Virus record (IMG/VR): IMGVR_UViG_3300033069_001185
Coordinates: 1-64,000 of that record
Strand: one strand, 5' to 3'
Source of the DNA: a virus
Lineage: Duplodnaviria > Caudoviricetes
DNA length: 64,000 nucleotides
Of the stretch, positions 46,501 through 55,900 are shown one piece after another. Numbering within the stretch: position 1 is the stretch's first letter; every line of letters begins with the position of its first letter. The notes under the pieces are model-generated. The model worked only from the letters and a program-made list of their open reading frames with translations, had not been told where the DNA came from and searched no databases. Both the position numbers and the translations under genes were made by a program.

Positions 46501-49061
46501 GTCTTGATTTTGATTTCACTGATTTCGCAGCTTACATGAAAGCCCGTGTCCGTACCCATGTTGTGGGCGGACTCAATACCGATAGAACTATTCTATATAA
46601 GTATGCAAGATTTGGACCAGAAGGTGAGCTTGCGCGACTACAGTATCGCTACCCATCACAACCTTCAAAGGCCGTAGCTCTTACCACCGAAACAACCAGT
46701 TCCGATAATGTAAATATTGTTATCAATCTTCCGTCAGGTGCAGCGCGTACCGGCCACACAATGAGACCTTCATCGAAAGTGGGTTTCAATACTCTTGCCG
46801 CACCTGTCGCAGGTCTTTATACCTATACCGTAACCCTCAGTCTAGATCTAACCCAGATCCAACGAACAGTCATTAACGTTGCAACCGCAACCGTAGCTCT
46901 CCCCGCTGGCATTACCGATCACGGCCTCAATATTGGTAATCGAATCTATCTTGTATCGACCGACGGCGCTTTCCCGTCTGGCTTGAAGTTGATTACGGCC
47001 AGACCGCCGGCCCCGGCCACCACCTTTGATTACGTCGACTCAGGCCCCATCGTAGGCGCAAGCCCTAATGCAGGTTCGGTATCGTTTGATAGTGTTGGCG
47101 AAGTCACGCTGAATGGTTCTACCGTGATTGTCGGAGACATTTTCGGCCAGCACAATCTGAACACAGGGACCGGTGGTGGTTCCAGAATCTCAGCCATTGC
47201 TGGCAACAATAGAAGCTTTAACATTACTTCAGACTTTGCTGCCGCTGTGAATACTACGATCAACTGGACACCGATTGGCAGTGCTGGGTTCTCTTACAGC
47301 TTTTTTCCGATCAATGCGGCTACTGCTACTGGCTTGGCTATTGCTAGCGCGGTCAATGCAATGAATGCATCAGTAACGGCAACAAACCTTGGTGCTGGCC
47401 TAAGCGTTATTGACTATGCAACTTACGAGCCAGCTCCTAATGGAGAAGGTGCGCTAACTCCTTGGTATACGCTCAGCGATGGTTTGAATTGGATCAAGTC
47501 CCAAACGAACCCTTTGCTTGTTGCAAATAACTACACCTTTGATTTTAAAAAGAGCATCACGGCTGGTCTAGGTACTGACTCTAATTGGTCTACCGAAGAC
47601 GTTCGCTTGGTGCCCACTACGGCCAAAAATATAGTCGATTTCCTGAATTCTACGGCAACTTCTGGGCTCCGTTCTGTAGCAATGGCGGAACTCACAGACA
47701 ACGGCCAAAGACCTCAAATCTCTTCACTGAAGATCGGGTCTTCTGGCTCTGTAGCAGTAAATGGTGGTTCTGGCAATAGCTACTTTGCTACAGCCAAAAC
47801 CAGCGCCGTAGCGACAAACTCCAACGCCCGCTGCATTGTGTCTTTTGATACATCAGACACCCAAGGTCTTTCGGCCAATCAATGGGTCGTTCTACAGAAC
47901 TCAACGGCTGTACCAAAAACCAGATTGTCTGCAACGACTACATTCAACTCTATTGATACTTCTGGAAACGTTGTTCTTTCCGTAACAAGAGCTTGGGACT
48001 GGGCCAATACCGCTGCGGCTTCTGTTACTGGGGACTGGGAAGTTATCAAGAACGGTAACTTTGTTCAGATGCGTGCCACTTCAGGAACACCCGCCGTTGG
48101 GGTAAAAGAAGGGGACTTCGCTATCATTAACATTACTTCCGGCTCTACGAGTAATGAATTTCTGTCTGGAGTTCGAATCGTTCGGGTTTCAGCGGATGGC
48201 AAAGTTTTCTGGATCGAAAGTCCCAACGCTACCGAAGAAATTGCTACTGCAACGATTCACTTCGTCACATATGACAGTGTTGTTCCGGGCGATGTACTAT
48301 CAATAAATAGCTCAATTCTAGGAGTTGGCAATGTAGGCCAATGGGTAGTTGAATCAATCGATCTGACCGACCGATTCAGATTCAAGTTGGCCACAGGTAC
48401 TGTTGCTCCAGTTGCGTTAGTCGTTCCTGTTACGCTCAATAGCGAAGCCGGACTGGTCCATGTGATTGAGAGAGCCCCTTCCAAACTGTTCAAGCAAATC
48501 CGAACTATTTTCCCAAATTCCGCTACGATGTCTACGGTCAAATTCACGACCAGTGAAGGTTATAGCAAAATTGGTCCGTTTGCCGGAACCATCCTCCAGT
48601 CTTTGGACAAACTAAACTTCAGCACCACACCTGCTTTCGGCTCAGACGCTTACACGCATAACACTGGTCTTATAGCAGAATGCAACGCCATTGTCTATGG
48701 CAAAGAATCAGATCCTTCTACTTACCCCGGTCTCGCTGCTGCTGGTGTGAATATCAATATCACAGGACCGCTGATCAAGAAAATTCAAGTCTCATTGGCA
48801 ATCAGAGCTTCTATCAATACTCAAAGCGTTATTGATAGAGTCAAGTCTGAGGTGGCTGCTGTTATCAATAATACGGCCATCGGTGCTCCAATTGCCATCA
48901 GCTCTTTGGTTCAAGCCGCCCAAAGCGTAAACGGAGTAACTGCCGTAACCGTACTCAGCCCTCTTTACGGTTCGGGCTCAGATCTAATTTCAGTTCAACC
49001 TTTCGAAAAACCTCTTGTCTTGGACGTTGATTCAGACGTTCTTGTCTCTCTTGTGGGATAA
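43539..49061 (+). CDS. very large baseplate wedge protein (gpJ/gp6-like with inserted domains)
   Basis: ATG.ALD.IA, G..GN, E.D..FR.RI, C-terminal V.GV..V. Confidence 0.85.
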   Translation: MASVPTPKSFNQILGDALDALTSRLGIPKLPPGDPILSILEATSQSDFRTSQDIFQLLNSIVLDRATGLALDRIAADEDLARYSESPATGTVTISDTSFEKKQSTIFQGLSAPAVGSTTINVVSALGWPGTGNIYIGRGTTEYEGPIPYSSIVDNGTYWTINLTTNTTKYHNLGSGVVLAQGGNRQIASGTVVQTPQGNAGTAVQFTVQYTAVIPDGETEITSVQVVAKKPGVIGNASANSVNSFTSAPFTGAAVNNTTPYTNGRATEEDNTFRERIRTARQSKQKGIALAIKSGVIGAVATDENRRILSSSLVAREGYPTTLYIDDGSGYEEKTQGTPFEVIVDSALGGERYFDLAEGRPVTKAFATTSLSAPFILQPNAQLAVKVGGKTYIHSFTSTSFRSIDSATAYEVAASINSNPALGFNARTIENGKRVSLFAVADTGEDIEVVAPVQGSIDANIYLGFPTGANNTLRLYKNDVLLSKDGSIASIASNPQSAWGSTSDGETLSIVVDGTPAFTVTINDSDFVNAGTPYNTVVSTNSTDSWAKVLNYLIPGVTATANSGIVTITSNLGKTSRASVEILAGSSLVSNGLFNVSVSQGSDSDYTLNRNRGQIRLEEALSVGDRLTAGSYDTRAFIESDSIGTINLGSNANLWFSVDGNARIIPTGLLTGSALVITSSVTAYGKRVRATASTSVFDSVNVLDWIIIDDPALSANAGAFKIVRKSSTWIEWERESAFAGTGSFTLSAGGFTVARTTDQIQKVTIPSGTNYTALTLVAAINNSILGAKASVYRTTKIRVQTNSFASGSIALLSADAAGKQLLLPIASAVVNVDSHLASVVGNPQAGTPSFENTLKASSTTGPDNFDSATLGTINEGQLIVADKPVSDGIGRDSNRTHVSAIEDIATNTISLRTPVLNSWLTDDAVYHARPFALNPTDTFGLIIDSEQITHRYNLNLWRKVKATTNVYGLTNDFTDADNGNASLASAFGLDFDFTDFAAYMKARVRTHVVGGLNTDRTILYKYARFGPEGELARLQYRYPSQPSKAVALTTETTSSDNVNIVINLPSGAARTGHTMRPSSKVGFNTLAAPVAGLYTYTVTLSLDLTQIQRTVINVATATVALPAGITDHGLNIGNRIYLVSTDGAFPSGLKLITARPPAPATTFDYVDSGPIVGASPNAGSVSFDSVGEVTLNGSTVIVGDIFGQHNLNTGTGGGSRISAIAGNNRSFNITSDFAAAVNTTINWTPIGSAGFSYSFFPINAATATGLAIASAVNAMNASVTATNLGAGLSVIDYATYEPAPNGEGALTPWYTLSDGLNWIKSQTNPLLVANNYTFDFKKSITAGLGTDSNWSTEDVRLVPTTAKNIVDFLNSTATSGLRSVAMAELTDNGQRPQISSLKIGSSGSVAVNGGSGNSYFATAKTSAVATNSNARCIVSFDTSDTQGLSANQWVVLQNSTAVPKTRLSATTTFNSIDTSGNVVLSVTRAWDWANTAAASVTGDWEVIKNGNFVQMRATSGTPAVGVKEGDFAIINITSGSTSNEFLSGVRIVRVSADGKVFWIESPNATEEIATATIHFVTYDSVVPGDVLSINSSILGVGNVGQWVVESIDLTDRFRFKLATGTVAPVALVVPVTLNSEAGLVHVIERAPSKLFKQIRTIFPNSATMSTVKFTTSEGYSKIGPFAGTILQSLDKLNFSTTPAFGSDAYTHNTGLIAECNAIVYGKESDPSTYPGLAAAGVNINITGPLIKKIQVSLAIRASINTQSVIDRVKSEVAAVINNTAIGAPIAISSLVQAAQSVNGVTAVTVLSPLYGSGSDLISVQPFEKPLVLDVDSDVLVSLVG

Positions 49062-49067
49062 AATCAA

Positions 49068-51503
49068 ATGCCTAATTTCGTTACCGACCTCACCACACTA
49101 CCAAACGGCAAGTCAGACCTGATTGTTAGTCCAGTTCCCGCTAACAATAAAGTAACTGCTACCGAGTGGAACACTACCATTCAGGCGGCTTACGATCTTC
49201 GTGGCCAATTACTTGAAGGTAACTATCACGGTCTTGTTGACACTATGACAGGAACGGCAGTTTCCGCTGCCGGTAAGTCTAGATTCAGACAGCGTGGGAA
49301 TTTCCTAGAAACGTCGATTGACGGCGCGCACTATCAAGTCATCAGCGAGAAAACTCCCGGTGTTATCAATGTTTGCTCGTTCGGAGCCGTCGGTGACGAC
49401 GCTACGGACAACGCTGCGGCTTTTGAAGCTGCATTTGCTTCGATTCCGAAAGACACGACCTATGGTAGAACGATTTACATTCCTCCGGGCAAGTATCGTT
49501 TTTCCAGATCTCTTAACATTACTCGCTGCGTAGTTCTATGCGGAGCTAGCGGTTGGGGCTGGTATTCTTCAAGTGTACTGAAATTCCCTGCCGGTGTCCA
49601 CGGCCTAATTATTCACGCTTACAATACGAATCCTGACGGCGAGCCCTTGCCGGGTGGTAACTGGGTAAGCGCTGGCTGGTCGATCTTGAGAGATTTCGGC
49701 GTAGAGTCCATGGGTTCAAACGCGACTACGGCCCATGGCGTGATTATGTATGCCCGTGCCAAGCTAGAAAACATGCATATTACTGGCTTCGAAAACGGTA
49801 ACGTTGTCAATATCGACACGACCTCCGGTGCCTTACCTGCATGGACACCATCTACTACCTATCGCGTAGGCGACTCTGTACATAACGCTACCGTCTGGGC
49901 TCCTTCTACAAGCTACGCTGCTGGCGATCGTGTATCAAACGCTGGGGAGTATTATTTCTGTGTCAGTCCCGGCACTTCAGCCGCTTCAGGCGGTCCTACT
50001 GGTCTTGGCGCGGGAATCGTAGACGGCGGCGTGACTTGGGATCGTTATAGTGGTTGGTATTACTGCAAAGGTGCAGGCACTTCAGCCGCTTCCGGTGGGC
50101 CGTCTGGCGTTAACTTCAGCATTGCCGATGGAGGTGTTACTTGGGGTTATATTGCCGGTACGAATGCGAACGGCTGGCAAATTTGGAACTGTCGAATCAC
50201 TGGTGGTATTAATTGCATCTATACTCGTGGCGGTGACGCCAATGCCGGAATGGCACTCGGTGTTGATACCGGCTACGCCACTAACCATTGTTTCTCTGAA
50301 AACTCGTTTCTGGGGAATGCATACATTGCCTGCCAAGCAGACTCAGGCGGTGGTATTCCTTACTACGCTATGAATGCCGCAGCGTCAAGCTCTTTTATCC
50401 ATTGCTATGCCGAAAACAATGTTAATCCATCAGAAATTCACCCCAACAGCACAGTTATTGGTGGCTGCACCGGCGCAGGGTTTCCCACTAGACCTTCTGG
50501 AGTAATCGGAAGACGAGCGGGTCCTATGGAATTCCAGTACCAGTACGGAACCGATAGGTTCACTACATTCGGTGAAGGGTCTTTCATGAGTATTTCTGGC
50601 TATGACAATGCCATTCGGTTTGTAGATTTCGGAACCACATATAGCGCTGGTGCCACCAGTCACATGTATACATGGAATTGGGCCGGTGCAGCCGGATTCA
50701 CGGGTTGGGGCTTCGCTGCTGACGATCGAGCGCATTATAAATATGGTTTTGAGGCTTCTAGATATGTCAATCCTACCCAGCTATGGACAGGTATCGGGTA
50801 CGGCTTACTAAACGAAGGCAAACGTATATCAAACTGCAATCCAACGGCTGGACAAACAAAACCGGCTCTGCAAGGCTTAGGGTTTGGTGGTCCAGTAACT
50901 GCTCAGTCCGGAGATATTGCTTTCAATAGACAGGCTGGTCGTGGTGATCCTCTTGGTTGGGTCTGTACCTCTTCCGGCACCGATTCTACATATGTTGGTG
51001 GACTAACGGCAACCACTAATGGTACAACCACCGTGACGCTTTCCGGTCCAAATCACATTACTCACGGCATTCAGGTTGGCGATCGTATTCAAATCGCAGG
51101 GACCTATACTCGCTTGGTTACCGACCGTGACGGTCCTAACTCAACTACCATTACGGTTGATTCTTCTGTTCCTGCTGGATCTGGTCAGGCCATTACGTAT
51201 GTCGCATCAACTTGGGCACGTATGCCGAGGATCGAAGGTGGGGCTATTGATAGTTCTGGAACTCCGGGGAATGTAACCCAAAATAGCTATTCAGGTCAAG
51301 TCGCATTTGCGATCGCTGGAACGACCGTAGTAGTCACCAACGCCTTTGCAGCAGTTGGTGACTACTGTTTGGCTACACTACAAACCGCCGACGGTACACT
51401 TACTTCCGTATCGGCTAACGTAACGGCCAGCACCATCACTTTAACAGGGAATGCACCTGCTACTGGCGTAACAAAGTGCTACTGGAAGCTTGAGAAGGCA
51501 TAA
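49068..51503 (+). CDS. tailspike/depolymerase-like protein (pectate-lyase-like beta-helix with CBM-like modules)
   Basis: NV..FGAVGD..TD...AF..A, IYIPPG.Y, GW.C..SG. Confidence 0.8.
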   Translation: MPNFVTDLTTLPNGKSDLIVSPVPANNKVTATEWNTTIQAAYDLRGQLLEGNYHGLVDTMTGTAVSAAGKSRFRQRGNFLETSIDGAHYQVISEKTPGVINVCSFGAVGDDATDNAAAFEAAFASIPKDTTYGRTIYIPPGKYRFSRSLNITRCVVLCGASGWGWYSSSVLKFPAGVHGLIIHAYNTNPDGEPLPGGNWVSAGWSILRDFGVESMGSNATTAHGVIMYARAKLENMHITGFENGNVVNIDTTSGALPAWTPSTTYRVGDSVHNATVWAPSTSYAAGDRVSNAGEYYFCVSPGTSAASGGPTGLGAGIVDGGVTWDRYSGWYYCKGAGTSAASGGPSGVNFSIADGGVTWGYIAGTNANGWQIWNCRITGGINCIYTRGGDANAGMALGVDTGYATNHCFSENSFLGNAYIACQADSGGGIPYYAMNAAASSSFIHCYAENNVNPSEIHPNSTVIGGCTGAGFPTRPSGVIGRRAGPMEFQYQYGTDRFTTFGEGSFMSISGYDNAIRFVDFGTTYSAGATSHMYTWNWAGAAGFTGWGFAADDRAHYKYGFEASRYVNPTQLWTGIGYGLLNEGKRISNCNPTAGQTKPALQGLGFGGPVTAQSGDIAFNRQAGRGDPLGWVCTSSGTDSTYVGGLTATTNGTTTVTLSGPNHITHGIQVGDRIQIAGTYTRLVTDRDGPNSTTITVDSSVPAGSGQAITYVASTWARMPRIEGGAIDSSGTPGNVTQNSYSGQVAFAIAGTTVVVTNAFAAVGDYCLATLQTADGTLTSVSANVTASTITLTGNAPATGVTKCYWKLEKA

Positions 51504-52096
51504 TGATAATTTTTCAAGGCTTATTTCCACTAACTGACGATTCCGGCTCAGATCTGGTTGTCACTTCTGTGACTGCCAGTCCGGGCAATGTTGTTGTTGT
51601 GTTTAGTCACGCAATAACATTAACTGGCGCCTCTATCGTGTTTAGCAATTGGGTCATTAGCGGTGGAGTCTCTCCTCCTGCCGTTCTTAATGTTAGTCTG
51701 GTTGGCAATGTAGTAACAATAACTACGCCAGAAGATATTCTTGGGCAAACAAGAACGTTAACCGTACCTAACGGTATTGTTAAGTTTTCTGATGGTGCCC
51801 AAACCCTGCAAGCACCTTTCAGCTTCAATTTCCCAAGCTCGGGCGTCACTCCGATCGTAACTGGTATTGTTAACAGAGATGCCAAGACCATTGAGGTTAT
51901 TTTCAGCGAACCTGTGGTTGAATCAGAAGCCTTGAACATAGCTAACTACAGCATCTCGCCGTCTTTGGCCATAAGATCTGCCTCAAAAGTCCAAGACAAC
52001 CGTTACAGATTGGATTTGCTTCAGTTCCAAACGCCAGCAATAGAATACACGCTGACTGCGACTAATATTCACGATCTTGCTGGTAATGTTATTTAA
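51503..52096 (+). CDS. tandem Ig-like virion protein
   Basis: V.FS..V, NYSI, YTL...NI.DLAGN. Confidence 0.65.
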   Translation: MIIFQGLFPLTDDSGSDLVVTSVTASPGNVVVVFSHAITLTGASIVFSNWVISGGVSPPAVLNVSLVGNVVTITTPEDILGQTRTLTVPNGIVKFSDGAQTLQAPFSFNFPSSGVTPIVTGIVNRDAKTIEVIFSEPVVESEALNIANYSISPSLAIRSASKVQDNRYRLDLLQFQTPAIEYTLTATNIHDLAGNVI

Positions 52097-52222
52097 AACC
52101 TGCTTTCCAGACGAGGCCAACCCAACAATCGCATCCGAAGTCCGAAGAAGTGCTTGCTGTCCGTACTTCCCGCTAGAACTTAGCCAGCGATAGTTATCGT
52201 CAAGCTTAGATCTTACGCCCAT
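52096..52222 (-). pseudogene. truncated pentapeptide-family remnant
   Basis: LDDNYRWLSSSGKYGQQA resembles family N-cap MDDHDLWLESKGTLGKRA. Confidence 0.45.
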
Positions 52223-52602
52223 TTTTTCTCCAGAAGCTCTTGATAGTCATCCATATTCAACGTCAATCCTGAACGCCAGATAGGAGGAGTTAGTGATGGA
52301 ACGTCAGGGGCATCTGTGTCCAGTCTCCAGCCCATATTACCTAATACTCGTATGGAGCATTCTTTAAAATATGCATCGACGAAAGCGGTTGATTGCCAAG
52401 TGACGCTCGCAAAATGACAACCATGGAAAACGGTGTTCTTTAACACAGCGTTTGGTCGAAAGACCGCTAACTTAAAGTTTTGGTTTTGAAATACCTGATC
52501 GGCCAGCATAGAGCCTTCAACAATGAGCCTTTGGCCTTTGGTGCTGTCTGTTAGCCACAATACGTGGTTACGCAACATGTAGGGAATGTTATAATTTGAC
52601 AT
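52213..52602 (-). CDS. pentapeptide-repeat protein, member 6
   Basis: H.LWL...KG.R cap; LNMDDY tail. Confidence 0.7.
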   Translation of the reverse strand: MSNYNIPYMLRNHVLWLTDSTKGQRLIVEGSMLADQVFQNQNFKLAVFRPNAVLKNTVFHGCHFASVTWQSTAFVDAYFKECSIRVLGNMGWRLDTDAPDVPSLTPPIWRSGLTLNMDDYQELLEKKWA

Positions 52603-52608
52603 ACAGTG

Positions 52609-52962
52609 CTAGACCCCAAGTTCCCTGAGAATGTCTTTTCTATCAATGCCTTCTCGCCAGAAATTACTTAAATCCCCAGAATCGTTAGGGGCGTATTCGC
52701 AATCTATAAATTGCGCTGTTGATATATCACAAGAACTGGTAAGGTCGCTACCGCGAAAATCGCAATTCTCGAAACATGCCATGCCAAAGTCTACATTAGC
52801 GAACAAAACCTTACGAAAACTTCGGCTGACAATTCGTTCGTTCGGAAAGGACTCGTCGATAAATTGGGCTCTTTTCCCCAAAGTACCCTTGGACTCAAGC
52901 CACAAATCATGATCGTCCATTCTGGCTGCTATTGTTTTGGCGCTAATGTTATAATTTGACAT
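52609..52962 (-). CDS. pentapeptide-repeat protein, member 7
   Basis: H.LWL...GKRA; ACFENCDFRGSDL; same MSNYNI start as neighbour. Confidence 0.75.
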   Translation of the reverse strand: MSNYNISAKTIAARMDDHDLWLESKGTLGKRAQFIDESFPNERIVSRSFRKVLFANVDFGMACFENCDFRGSDLTSSCDISTAQFIDCEYAPNDSGDLSNFWREGIDRKDILRELGV

Positions 52963-52967
52963 AGCTT

Positions 52968-52981
52968 TAATCTTAAGGATA
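52968..52981 (+). promoter_or_regulatory. putative late promoter
   Basis: TAATCT-N6-TA. Confidence 0.75.
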
Positions 52982-52986
52982 ACTAA

Positions 52987-55900
52987 ATGGCAAGTTCTAG
53001 CACTTTTATAGGCATTGGTTTATCAATACAAACTGTTACTTCTATCAATCGCGGAAGGACGGTTCGTGTACGTTTTACTAATGAACCCAAGCAAATCTCT
53101 ACCTCAGCCTCTGATGATGGCTTGAACGTTGCGAATTACACACTTACCGGTCCCGGTTTTGCTAACATTACCAGTTGTACCACAGTTGGCGGCGATACGC
53201 AAAGCATAGATTTGCACTTGGCAAGCCCCTTGTTCGGTGGCGAATGGCTGCTGACAATAGCCAACATCAAGTCTTCAACCGGAGTTCTCTGCGTTGCGCC
53301 TCTGAGTGGGTTTTTCACTGTTATAGCAAACAGCCAGCTTGCTATCAATAGCGGAGTTGAAGATTCTGAGAAAATCATTCGTAAACACCTGAACCCGGCA
53401 CTTGCTGGAGAGAACTGGACTGCATTGATTGCTGCCCTCTCGGTGGGCGACGAACATAATTTTAACAATGCCAAACTCGCTTTCGATCAGCTCTACAAGA
53501 CCTCAGCCTCTGGTCGGTTTTTGGATAGATTGGCAGCAAACGACGGAATTGCTAGACCGGCCAATGTAGGCCTAACAGACGAGATTTTCAGACAATACGC
53601 CATCAAGCTTAGCAATAAAAAGGTTGTAAATCAATCTGTTTTGGAAATGCTTGAGGTCTTCTATGGGACTGAATCGACCCGAGCGCACGCAACGACCGAT
53701 CTCTACGAGCCGTTTGTGTTGGCCGACGGTGACGATCTTAACATTACTATTGACGGTTTTTTGAAGTACAAAGTCGTATTTAAGTCAAGCGATTTCCTGA
53801 ATATTGCTCAGGCGAGAGCAGTTGAGGTAGCCAGTGCGATTACCAGAACATTTCTTCTGAATGGTTCTAAGGCCTTCGCGGTGCCTTTCACAGACTATCA
53901 AGGACTTACAAAAGTTCGTATCTACTCTCCAAGCCTAGGACTAAAAGGTAGCGTTCAGATCAGAGGCTCTGGTGGCGGTAAAGCTCAGAACTCCTTAGGG
54001 TTTGAAACTCGGCTTGGTGATGTCTATACGGGAACCATTGTCCCGAACCCTAGCGGGTCAAACATTCCGCTAGGCGTGGCTTGTGTGATTCCTCAAGCTT
54101 CCATGCTAGTTCCTTCACGTGCAGCGACTTCTCCTATTGCTGCTAAGTTGGGCGACGGTCGCATTGTGGTGGCTGGTGGCTATAACTTTGGGAATGGTAG
54201 TGCCAATTTTGGACTAGACATCTGGTCTGCGGACGGATTGACCAAAACTATCGGTCCGGATTTTCCTTACACCCAGTTGCCGCTCCATGCTGTTTCTTTG
54301 GGAAATGGCTCCATTCTGTTTGTAACAAACGAAAACAACAACTTCCCGTCACAGGCCAGTACGCTTAGCACTGGACTAACATTCACCACCAGACCAACCG
54401 TCAATCTCTTGTTCAACGAGTGCGCCTCGGTATCTCTACCGAACGGAAACGCTTTGTTTATCGGAGCTATTGACAATGTGGATTACACATCTGTTGTGGA
54501 ATACGACTACAATACCAATACTTGGATCTCCAGAACGCCGATCCCCGGAATTCTAGCCAATCGCCGTATTGCCAATGCGACGGTAATGAAAAACGGGAAT
54601 GTCCTTTTGACTGGCGGACAGTCGACTACCGACTCTTCCTATCCTTCTACGCATTACGTTTACAATCCAACCACTTTTGTCTGGACCACTGTTGCAAACT
54701 CTATGCCGGGTAGAACGTTCCATTCGGTTGGTAACTTCGAAGACGGTCGTGTGTTGATTGTAGGTGGACAGAACCAGTCCGGGTTCTTGAAAGACGTTTG
54801 GGAATACGATCCAAATACTAATTTATTCACCCAAAAAGAAGACTTCCCCTCTGAATACTATGGCCTCGCTGGTCCAGTACATAAACTTGACAACAACTAT
54901 ATGGTTTTGGTTGGTGGATACAGCAGCTCAGTTAGTGGTGGAACTAAATCTGTTTGGACCTACAACCCAAACCAAGACACTTGGGCAGAAACAACCGACG
55001 TTCTAAATGTAGGTAGATACGTCCATCAGTCGATCTACCAAGGTGGTTGTAAATTCTTCGTTGTAGGCGGTGCCAGAGAGTCATATGGTAACGTTTTGTC
55101 GGCAGAATTTATCAATCTAGACGCTGCTGCTCCATATGTTTCTCCAGAAAAAACTTTTTCTTGGGCTGCTGGCGGTACTCTTTCTGCGGCTAGAGCTTTC
55201 CCAAGTTCTATCAAAATGGACTCAGAGTCCAAAATTCTGGTTGTCGGCGGACAAAACGCCAACGATCTAACTTTTAGCTCGGTCAGCAATGCGGTGGATG
55301 TTGTCACTATTAGCAGCGGTGCCTCTAGTGCTGGTGCCAATCTGCCTTGGTCTGCGTCCCGAGTAAGCCTAGCCCAATTGACAGACGGTAACGTATTGGC
55401 TTGGGGTGGACAAACTACCACAGGTACTGTGAATAAGACGGCTATTTATGACGTAGCTGGAAATACTTGGACACAGCTATCGGCAGATGCCCTTGAGCTT
55501 GATTATGAACCCGGCAGTCACGCTTACGTAACAGACGGCGTTTCGGGAAGTCTTGGTATTCAGGGTACAAGTGACTTTACCATTAAGTTCACAATGAAGA
55601 GAGACGCTGCTCCTGATCCAACCACCTTATCGATTCTGAACAAAACCGGTGTTGTTGACGGCTGGAGTATTTTTCTCCAGAACAATGAGATTGTTGCTGT
55701 GATTGGCGATCCCACGAGTCCGGTAGTGGTGGGACCTACTACGGGTGGATTGGTCAATGATGTCAAATTTCATACCATAGAGTTTGGTAGACGGAGTGGC
55801 GATTTCTATATCAAAATCGATGGTATTGTTTGTGCAACACTAACAGACTCTATATCAATTACAGCCTCAACGGAAACTTTGTTTGTAGGACATAGGCCCA

